From: Candidatus Bathyarchaeia archaeon
GTDB lineage: Archaea; Thermoproteota; Bathyarchaeia; 40CM-2-53-6
Assembly: GCA_050013255.1 (NCBI GenBank)
Contig: JBEKFP010000001.1
Coordinates: 928,001 to 992,000 of the forward strand
Reading direction: 5' to 3'
Length of the DNA: 64,000 nucleotides
A program made the position numbers and the translations under genes. Positions 47,411 to 55,606 of the stretch are shown in pieces. The notes below the pieces were generated by a model. The model was not told where the DNA came from. It saw only the letters and a program-made list of their open reading frames with translations, and made no database searches. Each line of letters opens with the position of its first letter. The first letter of the stretch is position 1.

Positions 47411-48301
47411 CTAGCGGTGACTCTCAGCCAGGCGGATCAGTTGGTTGATTCGGTAGCGAATTGGTGGGTGGCGGCTCGTAAGAGTTGAGCCCGCACCCAG
47501 GATCGAAAGCGTCCCATAAGATCGCAGGTCACTCTTGGGGAACGCTTCATAAATTTTCAATAGCGCGGACGCCAGAGACAGTGGCTTGTTTGTGGCTAGG
47601 GCAGCAGTCTCATCGGCAACCATCTCTCTTTCTCTGTGGAAGGCTGCTTCCACCATTCTTATGAGTGGGTCAATGGGCAGCGCCGTCTTGTAAGCTGTAA
47701 CTAGTGCCTTCAACATGGTGTCTGAGTTCTTTACATGCGCAAGCTCATGCGCCATGACTGCTTCGAGTTCATCTCTCTTCAGCAGTGAGAGAAGTCTTTC
47801 AGATATTACGATCAGCGGTTCGTCAGCGTCGATTGCGAAGGAGATCGGGGCGCTCATCTTTGAAAGTCGGAGCTGCGCGGCTGGTATCCCCATTTCTTTG
47901 CGTAGTGCTTCGAAAGATTCTATGATATCACTGGGAGCTGTGGTTAGGTTTTTTGCTTTAGCGAGGACGATTTTGGGTGAAATGTATCGGAGGAAGATTG
48001 CGAGTGGTAGGCCCGCGGCAATTGCAATCAGGAGGGCGTTCCCGAAAACGGCTCTTACGGCGTTTTCGGGTTGTAATTCATAGGTTCCCGCCGTGGCGTA
48101 GCATAAGAAAAGGCTAAGTGCTAGAAAGAGCCAGAAGAAAATCGAAGAGACTAGCATGAGGCCTAGGCTCCATGAACGCGCCTGAGGGCTTCGCGTCCTT
48201 CTGAAGAAGCCGTAGAGTAACGCTATGCTGGTCAGTGGGATTGTGATCGACGCAACTGTTCTAAAGTCTGAAAAGTATGCGCCGTAAATTCCGAAATCCA
48301 A
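47411..48301 (-). CDS. Membrane Zn metalloprotease (M48/M56, BlaR1-like)
   Basis: Three TMs, HELAH, REMVAD and HPP...R. Confidence 0.88.
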   Translation of the reverse strand: MDFGIYGAYFSDFRTVASITIPLTSIALLYGFFRRTRSPQARSWSLGLMLVSSIFFWLFLALSLFLCYATAGTYELQPENAVRAVFGNALLIAIAAGLPLAIFLRYISPKIVLAKAKNLTTAPSDIIESFEALRKEMGIPAAQLRLSKMSAPISFAIDADEPLIVISERLLSLLKRDELEAVMAHELAHVKNSDTMLKALVTAYKTALPIDPLIRMVEAAFHREREMVADETAALATNKPLSLASALLKIYEAFPKSDLRSYGTLSILGAGSTLTSRHPPIRYRINQLIRLAESHR

Positions 48302-48307
48302 TCAGGG

Positions 48308-48682
48308 TTACCTTCGGGCTCTGCTAACCTTTCTCTTAAGCTCCGCAGAGTCTTCCTTTGAGATCTGGTCAAGACTATCATAGATTGTGGGAACGACGGA
48401 TGGGCCAAACGCGCTGACGAGTTGGGTCAATGCTCTCTGAACCAAGTTAGCCCGCATCTCTGCAGGCGCAGCATATGAGTAAACGTACTTGGCTCCCCCC
48501 CTCCCAATCACCTTGGAACGTTTGACCAAACCCTTCTTGTGTAGGCGGTCGAGGACTGTGCTAACAGTTGTGTAAGCAACCTTCCTCTGTGCACCAATCT
48601 CTCCCATAATCTCCCTTGCAGAAGCCTTTCCAAGCTTCTGAATCGCACCTAAGATAGCTGCCTGTAACTCACCCAGCGACAT
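48308..48682 (-). CDS. BlaI/MecI/CopY-family repressor
   Basis: LGELQAAIL...VAYTTVSTVLDRL.KKGLV.R. Confidence 0.92.
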   Translation of the reverse strand: MSLGELQAAILGAIQKLGKASAREIMGEIGAQRKVAYTTVSTVLDRLHKKGLVKRSKVIGRGGAKYVYSYAAPAEMRANLVQRALTQLVSAFGPSVVPTIYDSLDQISKEDSAELKRKVSRARR

Positions 48683-48697
48683 TATTCATCAACAAGC

Positions 48698-48743
48698 TAC
48701 TATGCTCGTAGTACTAAAAACCATACGCAAGTAACATTGTTAC
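48698..48743. promoter_or_regulatory. Two palindromic candidate operators upstream of the BlaI-like gene
   Basis: TACTA-N6-TAGTA (48698-48713) and GTAACA-T-TGTTAC (48731-48743). Confidence 0.5.
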
Positions 48744-48848
48744 CGCCAAAGCTTACTTTTTTCCTTCCCACGTGTCTCTCTTAGGTTCAATCGTTAGCAG
48801 AAAAAATATACTAGTCGTGAAGAGAGTGTTAGGAGTTGAGGTTGGAGA

Positions 48849-49760
48849 ATGAAGTTCGGTGTCTGTGTACCGAATTATGGTGAAACCGCTTCCATCGATG
48901 GTTTGCGGACCGTAGCCCTTGAAGCTGAAAGGATGGGATACGATTCTGTATGGACTACTGACCATATACTCATGGCCCCTCACAGCGGTACGCCTTATGA
49001 GAGAATTTTTGAAAGCATCACATGCCTAGCTTACCTTGCCTCAATCACAAGTACCGTGAAGCTGGGCATTTCCTCGTTGATTATGGCGATGCGAAACCCC
49101 GCCGTCGTAGTCAAGCAGCTTGCTACGATTGATCATTTCAGCGGCGGCAGAGTTATCCTAGCCACAAGCGCGGGCTGGAATGAAAACGAATTTGAGCATC
49201 TAGGCTCGAACTTCCACGACAGGGGTCGGAGACTTGACGAATCGATTAAACTCATCAAGACGCTCTGGAACAGCCCCTCCGATGCGAAGTTTGAAGGCAA
49301 GAAGATTCCACACAAGTTCACTAACCCAAAATTCGAGCCACCGCCCATCCAACCTAAGCTCACAATTTGGATTGCCGGAAACGGCAAGGCGGCAATGAGA
49401 CGTGCTGCCACGCTTGGGGATGCCTGGCATCCGAACGTCGCACCCCTAGATGTCTTCAGAAAACTTGTTTCAGAATTCAGGAGTATCCCCGAAGCGAAGG
49501 ACAAGGACATCTGTGTTCGCATAGGCCTAAACCCGAAGGCCCCAAGGTCAGAATACGTTAGCCCACAAGGGGAACGTAGGCTACTGCTTTCAAGCAGCAT
49601 GGCTGAAAACAAGAACACGGTGACCGAACTTGAGAAGCTCGGAGTCACGTACATGCTCGTGGCCTCGAGCCCAGATGGAAACGTCCCAATTCCAGATCAA
49701 GTACAGAGCTTAAGGGCCATCTCAGAGGCGTTCATTAGAAAATCAAGCTCCATCGGATAA
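48849..49760 (+). CDS. LLM-class (probably F420-dependent) oxidoreductase
   Basis: GYDSVWTTDH, RNP..V.KQLATID..SGGR and GW...EF. Confidence 0.9.
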   Translation: MKFGVCVPNYGETASIDGLRTVALEAERMGYDSVWTTDHILMAPHSGTPYERIFESITCLAYLASITSTVKLGISSLIMAMRNPAVVVKQLATIDHFSGGRVILATSAGWNENEFEHLGSNFHDRGRRLDESIKLIKTLWNSPSDAKFEGKKIPHKFTNPKFEPPPIQPKLTIWIAGNGKAAMRRAATLGDAWHPNVAPLDVFRKLVSEFRSIPEAKDKDICVRIGLNPKAPRSEYVSPQGERRLLLSSSMAENKNTVTELEKLGVTYMLVASSPDGNVPIPDQVQSLRAISEAFIRKSSSIG

Positions 49761-49827
49761 ATGTGGTTCAACCCTACTGCGATTATAGTCAAGGTTTAAA
49801 TGCGCTGCCTCTGACTACGCATCGTAG

Positions 49828-50226
49828 TTGGTGCTCTTGAAGACTCCCAGTGCGCTGGCCGTGCTCGTCCTGTTAGATTCTCTTCTAATGGCTTACGGTC
49901 ACGTCCCATTAATCCGTGCCATTTTCTTCTCCTTTTCGATTGGCGGATACTTCCTCTTCGCCACCGTCGTGTATATCCTCGGAGGAATCTTCGTAGTGGC
50001 AAATAGGTTATTCAAACTGTCAATTGTGGGGCTGGTGATTATGGCGATAGTGGATGAGCTGCTTCTCATCTACACGAGAACCATGCCCAATATCTTCTTC
50101 CATCGAATGCTGCCTTGGTCATGGGGATTGGTCCCACTCGGTACGGTACAAGTTTTGGTCGGACAAGCCATCCTGATAGTGCTTTGCGCAATCCTCTACA
50201 AAACAAAAAGCTCATCGACGAAGTGA
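49828..50226 (+). CDS. Hypothetical membrane protein
   Basis: Four hydrophobic segments; a degenerate copy lies downstream. Confidence 0.65.
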   Translation: MVLLKTPSALAVLVLLDSLLMAYGHVPLIRAIFFSFSIGGYFLFATVVYILGGIFVVANRLFKLSIVGLVIMAIVDELLLIYTRTMPNIFFHRMLPWSWGLVPLGTVQVLVGQAILIVLCAILYKTKSSSTK

Positions 50227-50392
50227 ATGCTGCACCTTATTCTTGTACCGCGGTTTTTTCATCGGCAAGCCGCAAAGGCCCGATATTCCTTGCAGCTATG
50301 GGATTTTTTTTGGCTTAACTCGTTACTGTAGCGCCACCATATTCTATCCGCGAATGTAAGGCTGCGACTTTTCATTACAATCTCGAACTCTC

Positions 50393-50521
50393 GGGAGGGT
50401 CATACCCTGGTCTACGGGGTGGTTCCCGCTTGGGACGGTGTAGGTCTTCGTAGGGCAAACAATTCTGATAGTTCTCTGCGCAATCCTCCCTTACAAAACC
50501 AAAGGCTCACCTACGAAGTGA
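50393..50521 (+). pseudogene. Degenerate tandem copy of the 49828-50226 C-terminus
   Basis: GRVIPWSTGWFPLGTV*VFVGQTILIVLCAILPYKTKGSPTK* versus HRMLPWSWGLVPLGTVQVLVGQAILIVLCAILYKTKSSSTK*. Confidence 0.8.
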
Positions 50522-50583
50522 AGGCCAGACCGTGGTTGGGCTTGAGGCCAGCTAAACTGGGCCAATATCCCCCTCACCGCAAC

Positions 50584-50757
50584 CGCGCACGCGAAAAAAC
50601 CCTAAAATCAACCCCGCTTGACCCCAAAAAGTGTACCACCCCCCTACCCCCCCTCGTCAAGCGTGCGCGCGCGGCTTGAAAAAAACCGCAAAATCAGCCC
50701 CGTCTGACTCAGAAAACTGAGTCACCCCCCTGGGGGGTACTTGCAAGCGTGCGCGCG
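50584..50757. repeat. Imperfect ~86-bp tandem repeat with GC-rich core and palindromes
   Basis: Units start at 50593 and 50678. CAAGCGTGCGCGCG occurs at 50658 and 50744. Hairpin TGACTCAG-AAAA-CTGAGTCA and palindrome ACCCCCC-T-GGGGGGT. Confidence 0.7.
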
Positions 50758-50798
50758 ATAATCCCTCCGAGTCAAAGGTGCCTGACCCATTCTTCCGT

Positions 50799-51617
50799 TT
50801 AGCTTGCCTTAGTGATCTCTCGTTCAGCGATTGAGAGCGGCTTGCCGGTAGCCTTCTTTCTTCGCATGATGATTTCAGCCATTGTGCTGACGGCGATTTC
50901 TGCTGGGGTTTCAGCGCCAATGTCCAAGCCGATTGGTGTTACCACGCGGCGGAGTTGGTCTTCGGGAACTTTATCCCTTCTCAACTTCCCTAGAATCGCC
51001 TTCGCTTTGGATTCGCTTGAAATCATTCCTATGTAGGCTGCTTTTGACCCGATGACGGTTCTGAGGGCTAATTCATCGGATTCGCCAGCATAGGTTAAGA
51101 TCACCACGTACGTCTGCTCATCAATTGGGACTTCCCGCAACGCCTTCTCCCAGTCATCAACGATGAGTTTGTCCGCTTCTGGAAATCTTTCCTTGGTAGC
51201 GTACTCAGTCCTATCGTCGACGACGACCACCCTGAACCCTAGTAGTTTTCCTAGTGCAGCCATGGGTTGGGCGACGTGGCCTGCGCCGGCTAGGAGTAAA
51301 GTTTCGCGGGGTTGGAAGACGTTGATGAAACAGGTTATGACGCCCGCGCATACAGGGAGGGGCATTTTGACGGTTCTTGGTTTTCCCTCTTTGATTGCTG
51401 AAATGGCTTGGTCGATTAGTTGTAGTTCGGCAACGGCTCCGCCAACAGTTCCGATCACTCTACCCTCACTGGTTACAATCATCGAGGAGCCAAGGTGGCG
51501 CGCGCTGGACCCCTCTTGGCCGATTATCGTTACCCAAGCGAAGGCTTTGGATGCTTCAATCAGCTTATTCGCTTCTTGAATGATCTCTGTGTCCGAAGCT
51601 ACTGGGATAAGTTTCAA
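50799..51617 (-). CDS. xdhC: XdhC/CoxF Moco-insertion chaperone
   Basis: GTVGG, GAGHVA, VDDR, YIGMI and PIGLDIGAETPAEIAVS. Confidence 0.92.
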   Translation of the reverse strand: MKLIPVASDTEIIQEANKLIEASKAFAWVTIIGQEGSSARHLGSSMIVTSEGRVIGTVGGAVAELQLIDQAISAIKEGKPRTVKMPLPVCAGVITCFINVFQPRETLLLAGAGHVAQPMAALGKLLGFRVVVVDDRTEYATKERFPEADKLIVDDWEKALREVPIDEQTYVVILTYAGESDELALRTVIGSKAAYIGMISSESKAKAILGKLRRDKVPEDQLRRVVTPIGLDIGAETPAEIAVSTMAEIIMRRKKATGKPLSIAEREITKAS

Positions 51618-53965
51618 ATCTTTTCCTTCTCCCCGGCCTTTTTGGCTTCCCGCGCCCTCTTCATGGCTATTAACACTTTATCGGGTGTGGTGGGTATTTC
51701 GTATAGCCTAACTCCTAGTGCATTGTCAATTGCGTTGACGATGGCGGGTGCGGGTAGGACTATTGGCGGTTCCCCAATTGCTTTCGCGCCGTATGGGCCT
51801 AGGTGTCCTGGGTATTCTACGATTATGGTTTTGATTTCGGGGATGTCGAGTGAGGTGGGTATGTAGTAGTCTGCAAGGTTGGGGTTTTGGACGATGCCAT
51901 CTTTGTGGACCAAATCTTCCATAATTGCGTAACCTAATCCTTGCACTGTGCCCCCTTCGATTTGGCCTTCGACGGATAGCGGGTTGATGGCTTTGCCTAC
52001 ATCGTAGGCTGCGACCATCTTCTTGACCTGCACTTTGCCAGTTTCACTGTCAACTTCCACTTCAGCTGTGACTGCGCCGTACGTGTATTGTAGGTATGTT
52101 GTTCCTTGGCTTGTTTCAGGATCGTATTCGCATTTGGGCGCTGTAAATGTTCCAGACTCTTTCAGCTGGATCCCGTGCTTGTACGCGTGTTCGACCAATT
52201 CTTGGAAGGAGAAGGAGTGTTGGGTCTTAGATTTCTGGTAGTATTTTGCGTCAGCTGATTCGACTTCGCTGGTTGCGCAACCTAACATTTCCGCCGCAAT
52301 ATCTTTGAGCTTCTGGTTCAGCGTGCCAGCAACCATCTGGGTTGCGCGGCCGCCGATTGTAATCGTTCGCGAAGCGACAGTCGGGCCGGTGTCAGTGCAG
52401 AAATCTGTGTCGGGTGCTTCCAGCCTAAAGTAGTTCATGGGGAGGTGCATGGTCTCCGCAGCGATTTGTATTAGGCCGGAGGGTGCTCCAGTTCCATATT
52501 CCGTGAGCCCAGTCCTAAATCTGATTGTGCCGTCCCTGTCGATTTGCATGTGGACTGCCGCGTAATCGTTTCCCTCTGGGCCAAGGCTGTTTCCATGGTA
52601 GAGGATAGCGATGCCTAGGCCTCGGCGCTTGGTTCCCCTCATCTTAGCGAACTCTTCGCGCTTCCTATACCAATCTGATTCCTTCACCGCCTTGCTAATG
52701 CATTCTTCGAGTCCGCACGCTTCGTCGACGACTTGGCTAGTAGCCGTCAAACTTCCCGGTCGCAGGATGTTTAACAGGCGGAAGTCTATTGGGTCCATGC
52801 CGAGTTTCTTTGCAATCTCGTCAGCGATTGATTCAGCCGCAAAATGCGACTGCGGTCCGCCGAAGCCTCGGAAGGAGCCGGCCATGGTGTTGTTAGTGTA
52901 AACGCAGTAGGCGTCCGTTTTCACGTGCGGGATAACGTAGGGGCCCGTTGCATGGAAGCATGCCCGAATGACGACGAGTGGACCTAGTGAGGCGTATGCT
53001 CCCGTGTCCGCGAGCATGGTTGCTTGCCAAGCCGTGAATTTGCCATCCTTCTTCACACCGACCTTCAATGTCGTAACGAATGGGTGGCGCTTCGTGTGCC
53101 CTACCATGGATTCTTCGCGAGTGTAAGCTAGCGCGGCTGGTTTCCGAGTTTTTATCGCGACCAACGCCGCCATCCCCAAGACATCAACTGGTATCTCATC
53201 GGACTTTGGACCGAATGCGCCGCCCGTCACGGCTTGTATGACGCGAACTTGGTCAGGCCGCAGCGAGAGAATCTTGGCTATGCCAGTTTGGACGTGGAAG
53301 GGGCTCTGGATTGAGCCGACGCATGTTACCGAACCATCAGGCTCGGGAACCACGAATCCCGCTTCAGTTTCCAGTGGGACAGGTTCTTGGAATTGGCTCT
53401 TGTACGTGCGTTCAACGATTAGGTCCGCCTGTTTGAAGCCTTCCTCCACATTGCCCTTTCGCAATTTCATATGCTTGGCTATGTTCCCGTTCCTGTGAAT
53501 TGTCGGGGCGCCCGGTCTCAAAGCATCGACAGGAGAGAAAACTGCTGGTAGGGGTTCGTACTCAAGCTTGACCAAGTCAACTGCTTCCTCAGCGACGGAT
53601 TGGTCGTAGGATGCGATGGCCGCAATCGGTTCACCAGCAAATCTTACCCTATCAGTCGCGAACAGCGGCTTGTCTGGCAAAAGTGCTGTGGACTCGTTAA
53701 TGCCCGGAATATCTTGGGCGGTGACAACCGCCGCAACGCCAGGCAATTTTCTAGCCTCGGTAACGTCAACCCGCTTCAAAAGGGCATGCGCGACGCTTGA
53801 TCTCACAACCTTCAAGTACAGCGCATTTTCCGGAACGATATCCATTGTGTAAATTGGTTTCCCAAGCACTTTGTCGACAGAGTCGAGTCTTTGAATGTTT
53901 TTGCCCACAACTAGCAGTTGTCTGCTCTTCGTGAGTTTCTCTACTGCCGCTTGATCATCAACCAT
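51614..53965 (-). CDS. Xanthine oxidase-family molybdopterin-binding subunit (enzyme 2)
   Basis: GGAFGPK, GSFRGFGGPQ, EGQIEGG and KAIGE. Confidence 0.93.
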   Translation of the reverse strand: MVDDQAAVEKLTKSRQLLVVGKNIQRLDSVDKVLGKPIYTMDIVPENALYLKVVRSSVAHALLKRVDVTEARKLPGVAAVVTAQDIPGINESTALLPDKPLFATDRVRFAGEPIAAIASYDQSVAEEAVDLVKLEYEPLPAVFSPVDALRPGAPTIHRNGNIAKHMKLRKGNVEEGFKQADLIVERTYKSQFQEPVPLETEAGFVVPEPDGSVTCVGSIQSPFHVQTGIAKILSLRPDQVRVIQAVTGGAFGPKSDEIPVDVLGMAALVAIKTRKPAALAYTREESMVGHTKRHPFVTTLKVGVKKDGKFTAWQATMLADTGAYASLGPLVVIRACFHATGPYVIPHVKTDAYCVYTNNTMAGSFRGFGGPQSHFAAESIADEIAKKLGMDPIDFRLLNILRPGSLTATSQVVDEACGLEECISKAVKESDWYRKREEFAKMRGTKRRGLGIAILYHGNSLGPEGNDYAAVHMQIDRDGTIRFRTGLTEYGTGAPSGLIQIAAETMHLPMNYFRLEAPDTDFCTDTGPTVASRTITIGGRATQMVAGTLNQKLKDIAAEMLGCATSEVESADAKYYQKSKTQHSFSFQELVEHAYKHGIQLKESGTFTAPKCEYDPETSQGTTYLQYTYGAVTAEVEVDSETGKVQVKKMVAAYDVGKAINPLSVEGQIEGGTVQGLGYAIMEDLVHKDGIVQNPNLADYYIPTSLDIPEIKTIIVEYPGHLGPYGAKAIGEPPIVLPAPAIVNAIDNALGVRLYEIPTTPDKVLIAMKRAREAKKAGEKEKI

Positions 53966-53971
53966 TGGTTG

Positions 53972-54445
53972 CTACTTCTCCATTTCATGAGCCGCTGCCT
54001 TCACGGCCTCAAAGATTTTCAAGTAGCCTGTGCAGCGGCATAGGATTCCGCTGGTTGCCCTGCGGATCTGGTCCTCACTTGGGTTGGGGGTCTTGTCGAG
54101 AAGGTTCTTTGATGCCAGAATCATGGCTGGGATGCAAAATCCACATTGAGACGCATTCCATTCCGTGAATGTTCGTTGTAGCGGGTGAAGCTTCTCGGCG
54201 GTTCCGATTCCTTCGATGGTTCCGATCTTCTTGTTTCTGGCTTGTATGGCGAAAATTAAGCATGAGTTGACGAGTTTCCCATCCATCAACACACCACATA
54301 TGCCGCAGTCACCTGTGCTGCAACCTTCCTTGGTTCCCTTCAAACCTAACCTGTCACGAAGGACATCCAATAATCGTTCATGGGATTGGACCAATAAAGC
54401 GTAGTCTTCTCCATTAACCGTGAACTTCAGAAGATGCTTAGACAA
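53972..54445 (-). CDS. Xanthine oxidase-family 2Fe-2S subunit (enzyme 2)
   Basis: GCSTGDCGIC, QCGFC and LCRCTGY. Confidence 0.95.
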   Translation of the reverse strand: MSKHLLKFTVNGEDYALLVQSHERLLDVLRDRLGLKGTKEGCSTGDCGICGVLMDGKLVNSCLIFAIQARNKKIGTIEGIGTAEKLHPLQRTFTEWNASQCGFCIPAMILASKNLLDKTPNPSEDQIRRATSGILCRCTGYLKIFEAVKAAAHEMEK

Positions 54446-55325
54446 AGCTTTCCTCCCCTAACAACATGCTCGCAGACCTACCAAGGGCCCGCTTGAAAAG
54501 CACGCTTGCGACATCGGTGCGGTATTCGCCCGAGACTCTGAAATCTGAACTTAGCTTCAGCTCGCTCCTCAAAGCGAAGGCAGCATCCTCGACGGCCTGC
54601 GCACTCAGCATTTGTCCGCGTAATTTCTCTTCAGCCCGCTTCGATCGTTCCGGGATCTTTCCGCCCACGCGGTTGAAGGCAATTCGAACATCTTCGACAC
54701 GCTTAGTTTTCCTTTCCAGCCTCAGATAGACAGCTGAATTAACGAAAGCAATTATCAGTGAATTTCTCATCCCAATCTTCTCGAAGGCGCATGCAGTTTG
54801 GTCATCGAGCGCCTTGAACATGGTCTCAACGACAATCTCGTTTGGTCTCAGGTCGGTTACTCGTTTGCCCTTCAGAAACTCCTCAAGCCGCATTACGCGT
54901 TCTCCATGTTCGCTGCGCATGCGAACTTGTGCATCAAGGACTAGGAGTACGGGTAGGAGGTCTTCAGATGATGAGGCGGCGCAAATGTTGCCGCCCACAG
55001 TGGCCACGTTGATTATCGATGGTCCACCGAACTTCGCCGCGACTTCACGGAAAACTTCGTGCCGTGAATCTATGATCGGTGAGTCGATCAGGTCGGATAT
55101 TGTTGTCAGTGCACCTATTCTGATTAGGTCCCCCGCTTTTTTCACGTAATTGAATTCCGCTAAGCCTGAAAGGTCGATTAGCGTTTTGGGGTTGACCTGC
55201 CTGCGTTGGATTCGGTTGATTAGGTCGCTTCCGTTCGCTATCAGGTGGACTCCGGACTGGTGTGTGTTTAGGTAGTGAAGTAGGTCAGGTAGGTCCTCTG
55301 GGACGTACATGTCGAACCTACGCAT
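54438..55325 (-). CDS. Xanthine oxidase-family FAD subunit (enzyme 2)
   Basis: IANGSDL, IGALTT and ATVGGNIC. Confidence 0.92.
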   Translation of the reverse strand: MRRFDMYVPEDLPDLLHYLNTHQSGVHLIANGSDLINRIQRRQVNPKTLIDLSGLAEFNYVKKAGDLIRIGALTTISDLIDSPIIDSRHEVFREVAAKFGGPSIINVATVGGNICAASSSEDLLPVLLVLDAQVRMRSEHGERVMRLEEFLKGKRVTDLRPNEIVVETMFKALDDQTACAFEKIGMRNSLIIAFVNSAVYLRLERKTKRVEDVRIAFNRVGGKIPERSKRAEEKLRGQMLSAQAVEDAAFALRSELKLSSDFRVSGEYRTDVASVLFKRALGRSASMLLGEESFV

Positions 55326-55330
55326 CTAAC

Positions 55331-55606
55331 TCATCCACCTGCTGCTGGTGGAACTAGTAATACGAGGTCTCCATCATTTAGTTTCATCGAAAGGTCAGGC
55401 GGATTCTGAACTGCATTATTAACGTAGAAAAGGGTGTACCCTCGGAGTTGCCCTTCAGGGTCAAAGAGCAGGTCCTTAACGGCTCCGTTCTTATTGATGA
55501 GCGTCTGGAGCACCTCGTTCAGGGTGCTTGCTTGAACTTCGATTTCACTCTCGCCTACGCTCGCCCTCAATTCGTGAAATAACCTAACCTTGACTCTTGC
55601 TCGCAC
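55331..55606 (-). CDS. MoaD/SAMP ubiquitin-like protein
   Basis: Beta-grasp pattern with C-terminal LVPPAAGG*. Confidence 0.88.
   Translation of the reverse strand: MRARVKVRLFHELRASVGESEIEVQASTLNEVLQTLINKNGAVKDLLFDPEGQLRGYTLFYVNNAVQNPPDLSMKLNDGDLVLLVPPAAGG

Noticed and set aside
50584-50757. CRISPR array or ORB-containing replication origin
   Set aside because: Only two long imperfect units without unique spacers, no ORB consensus, and no cas or cdc6 gene nearby.
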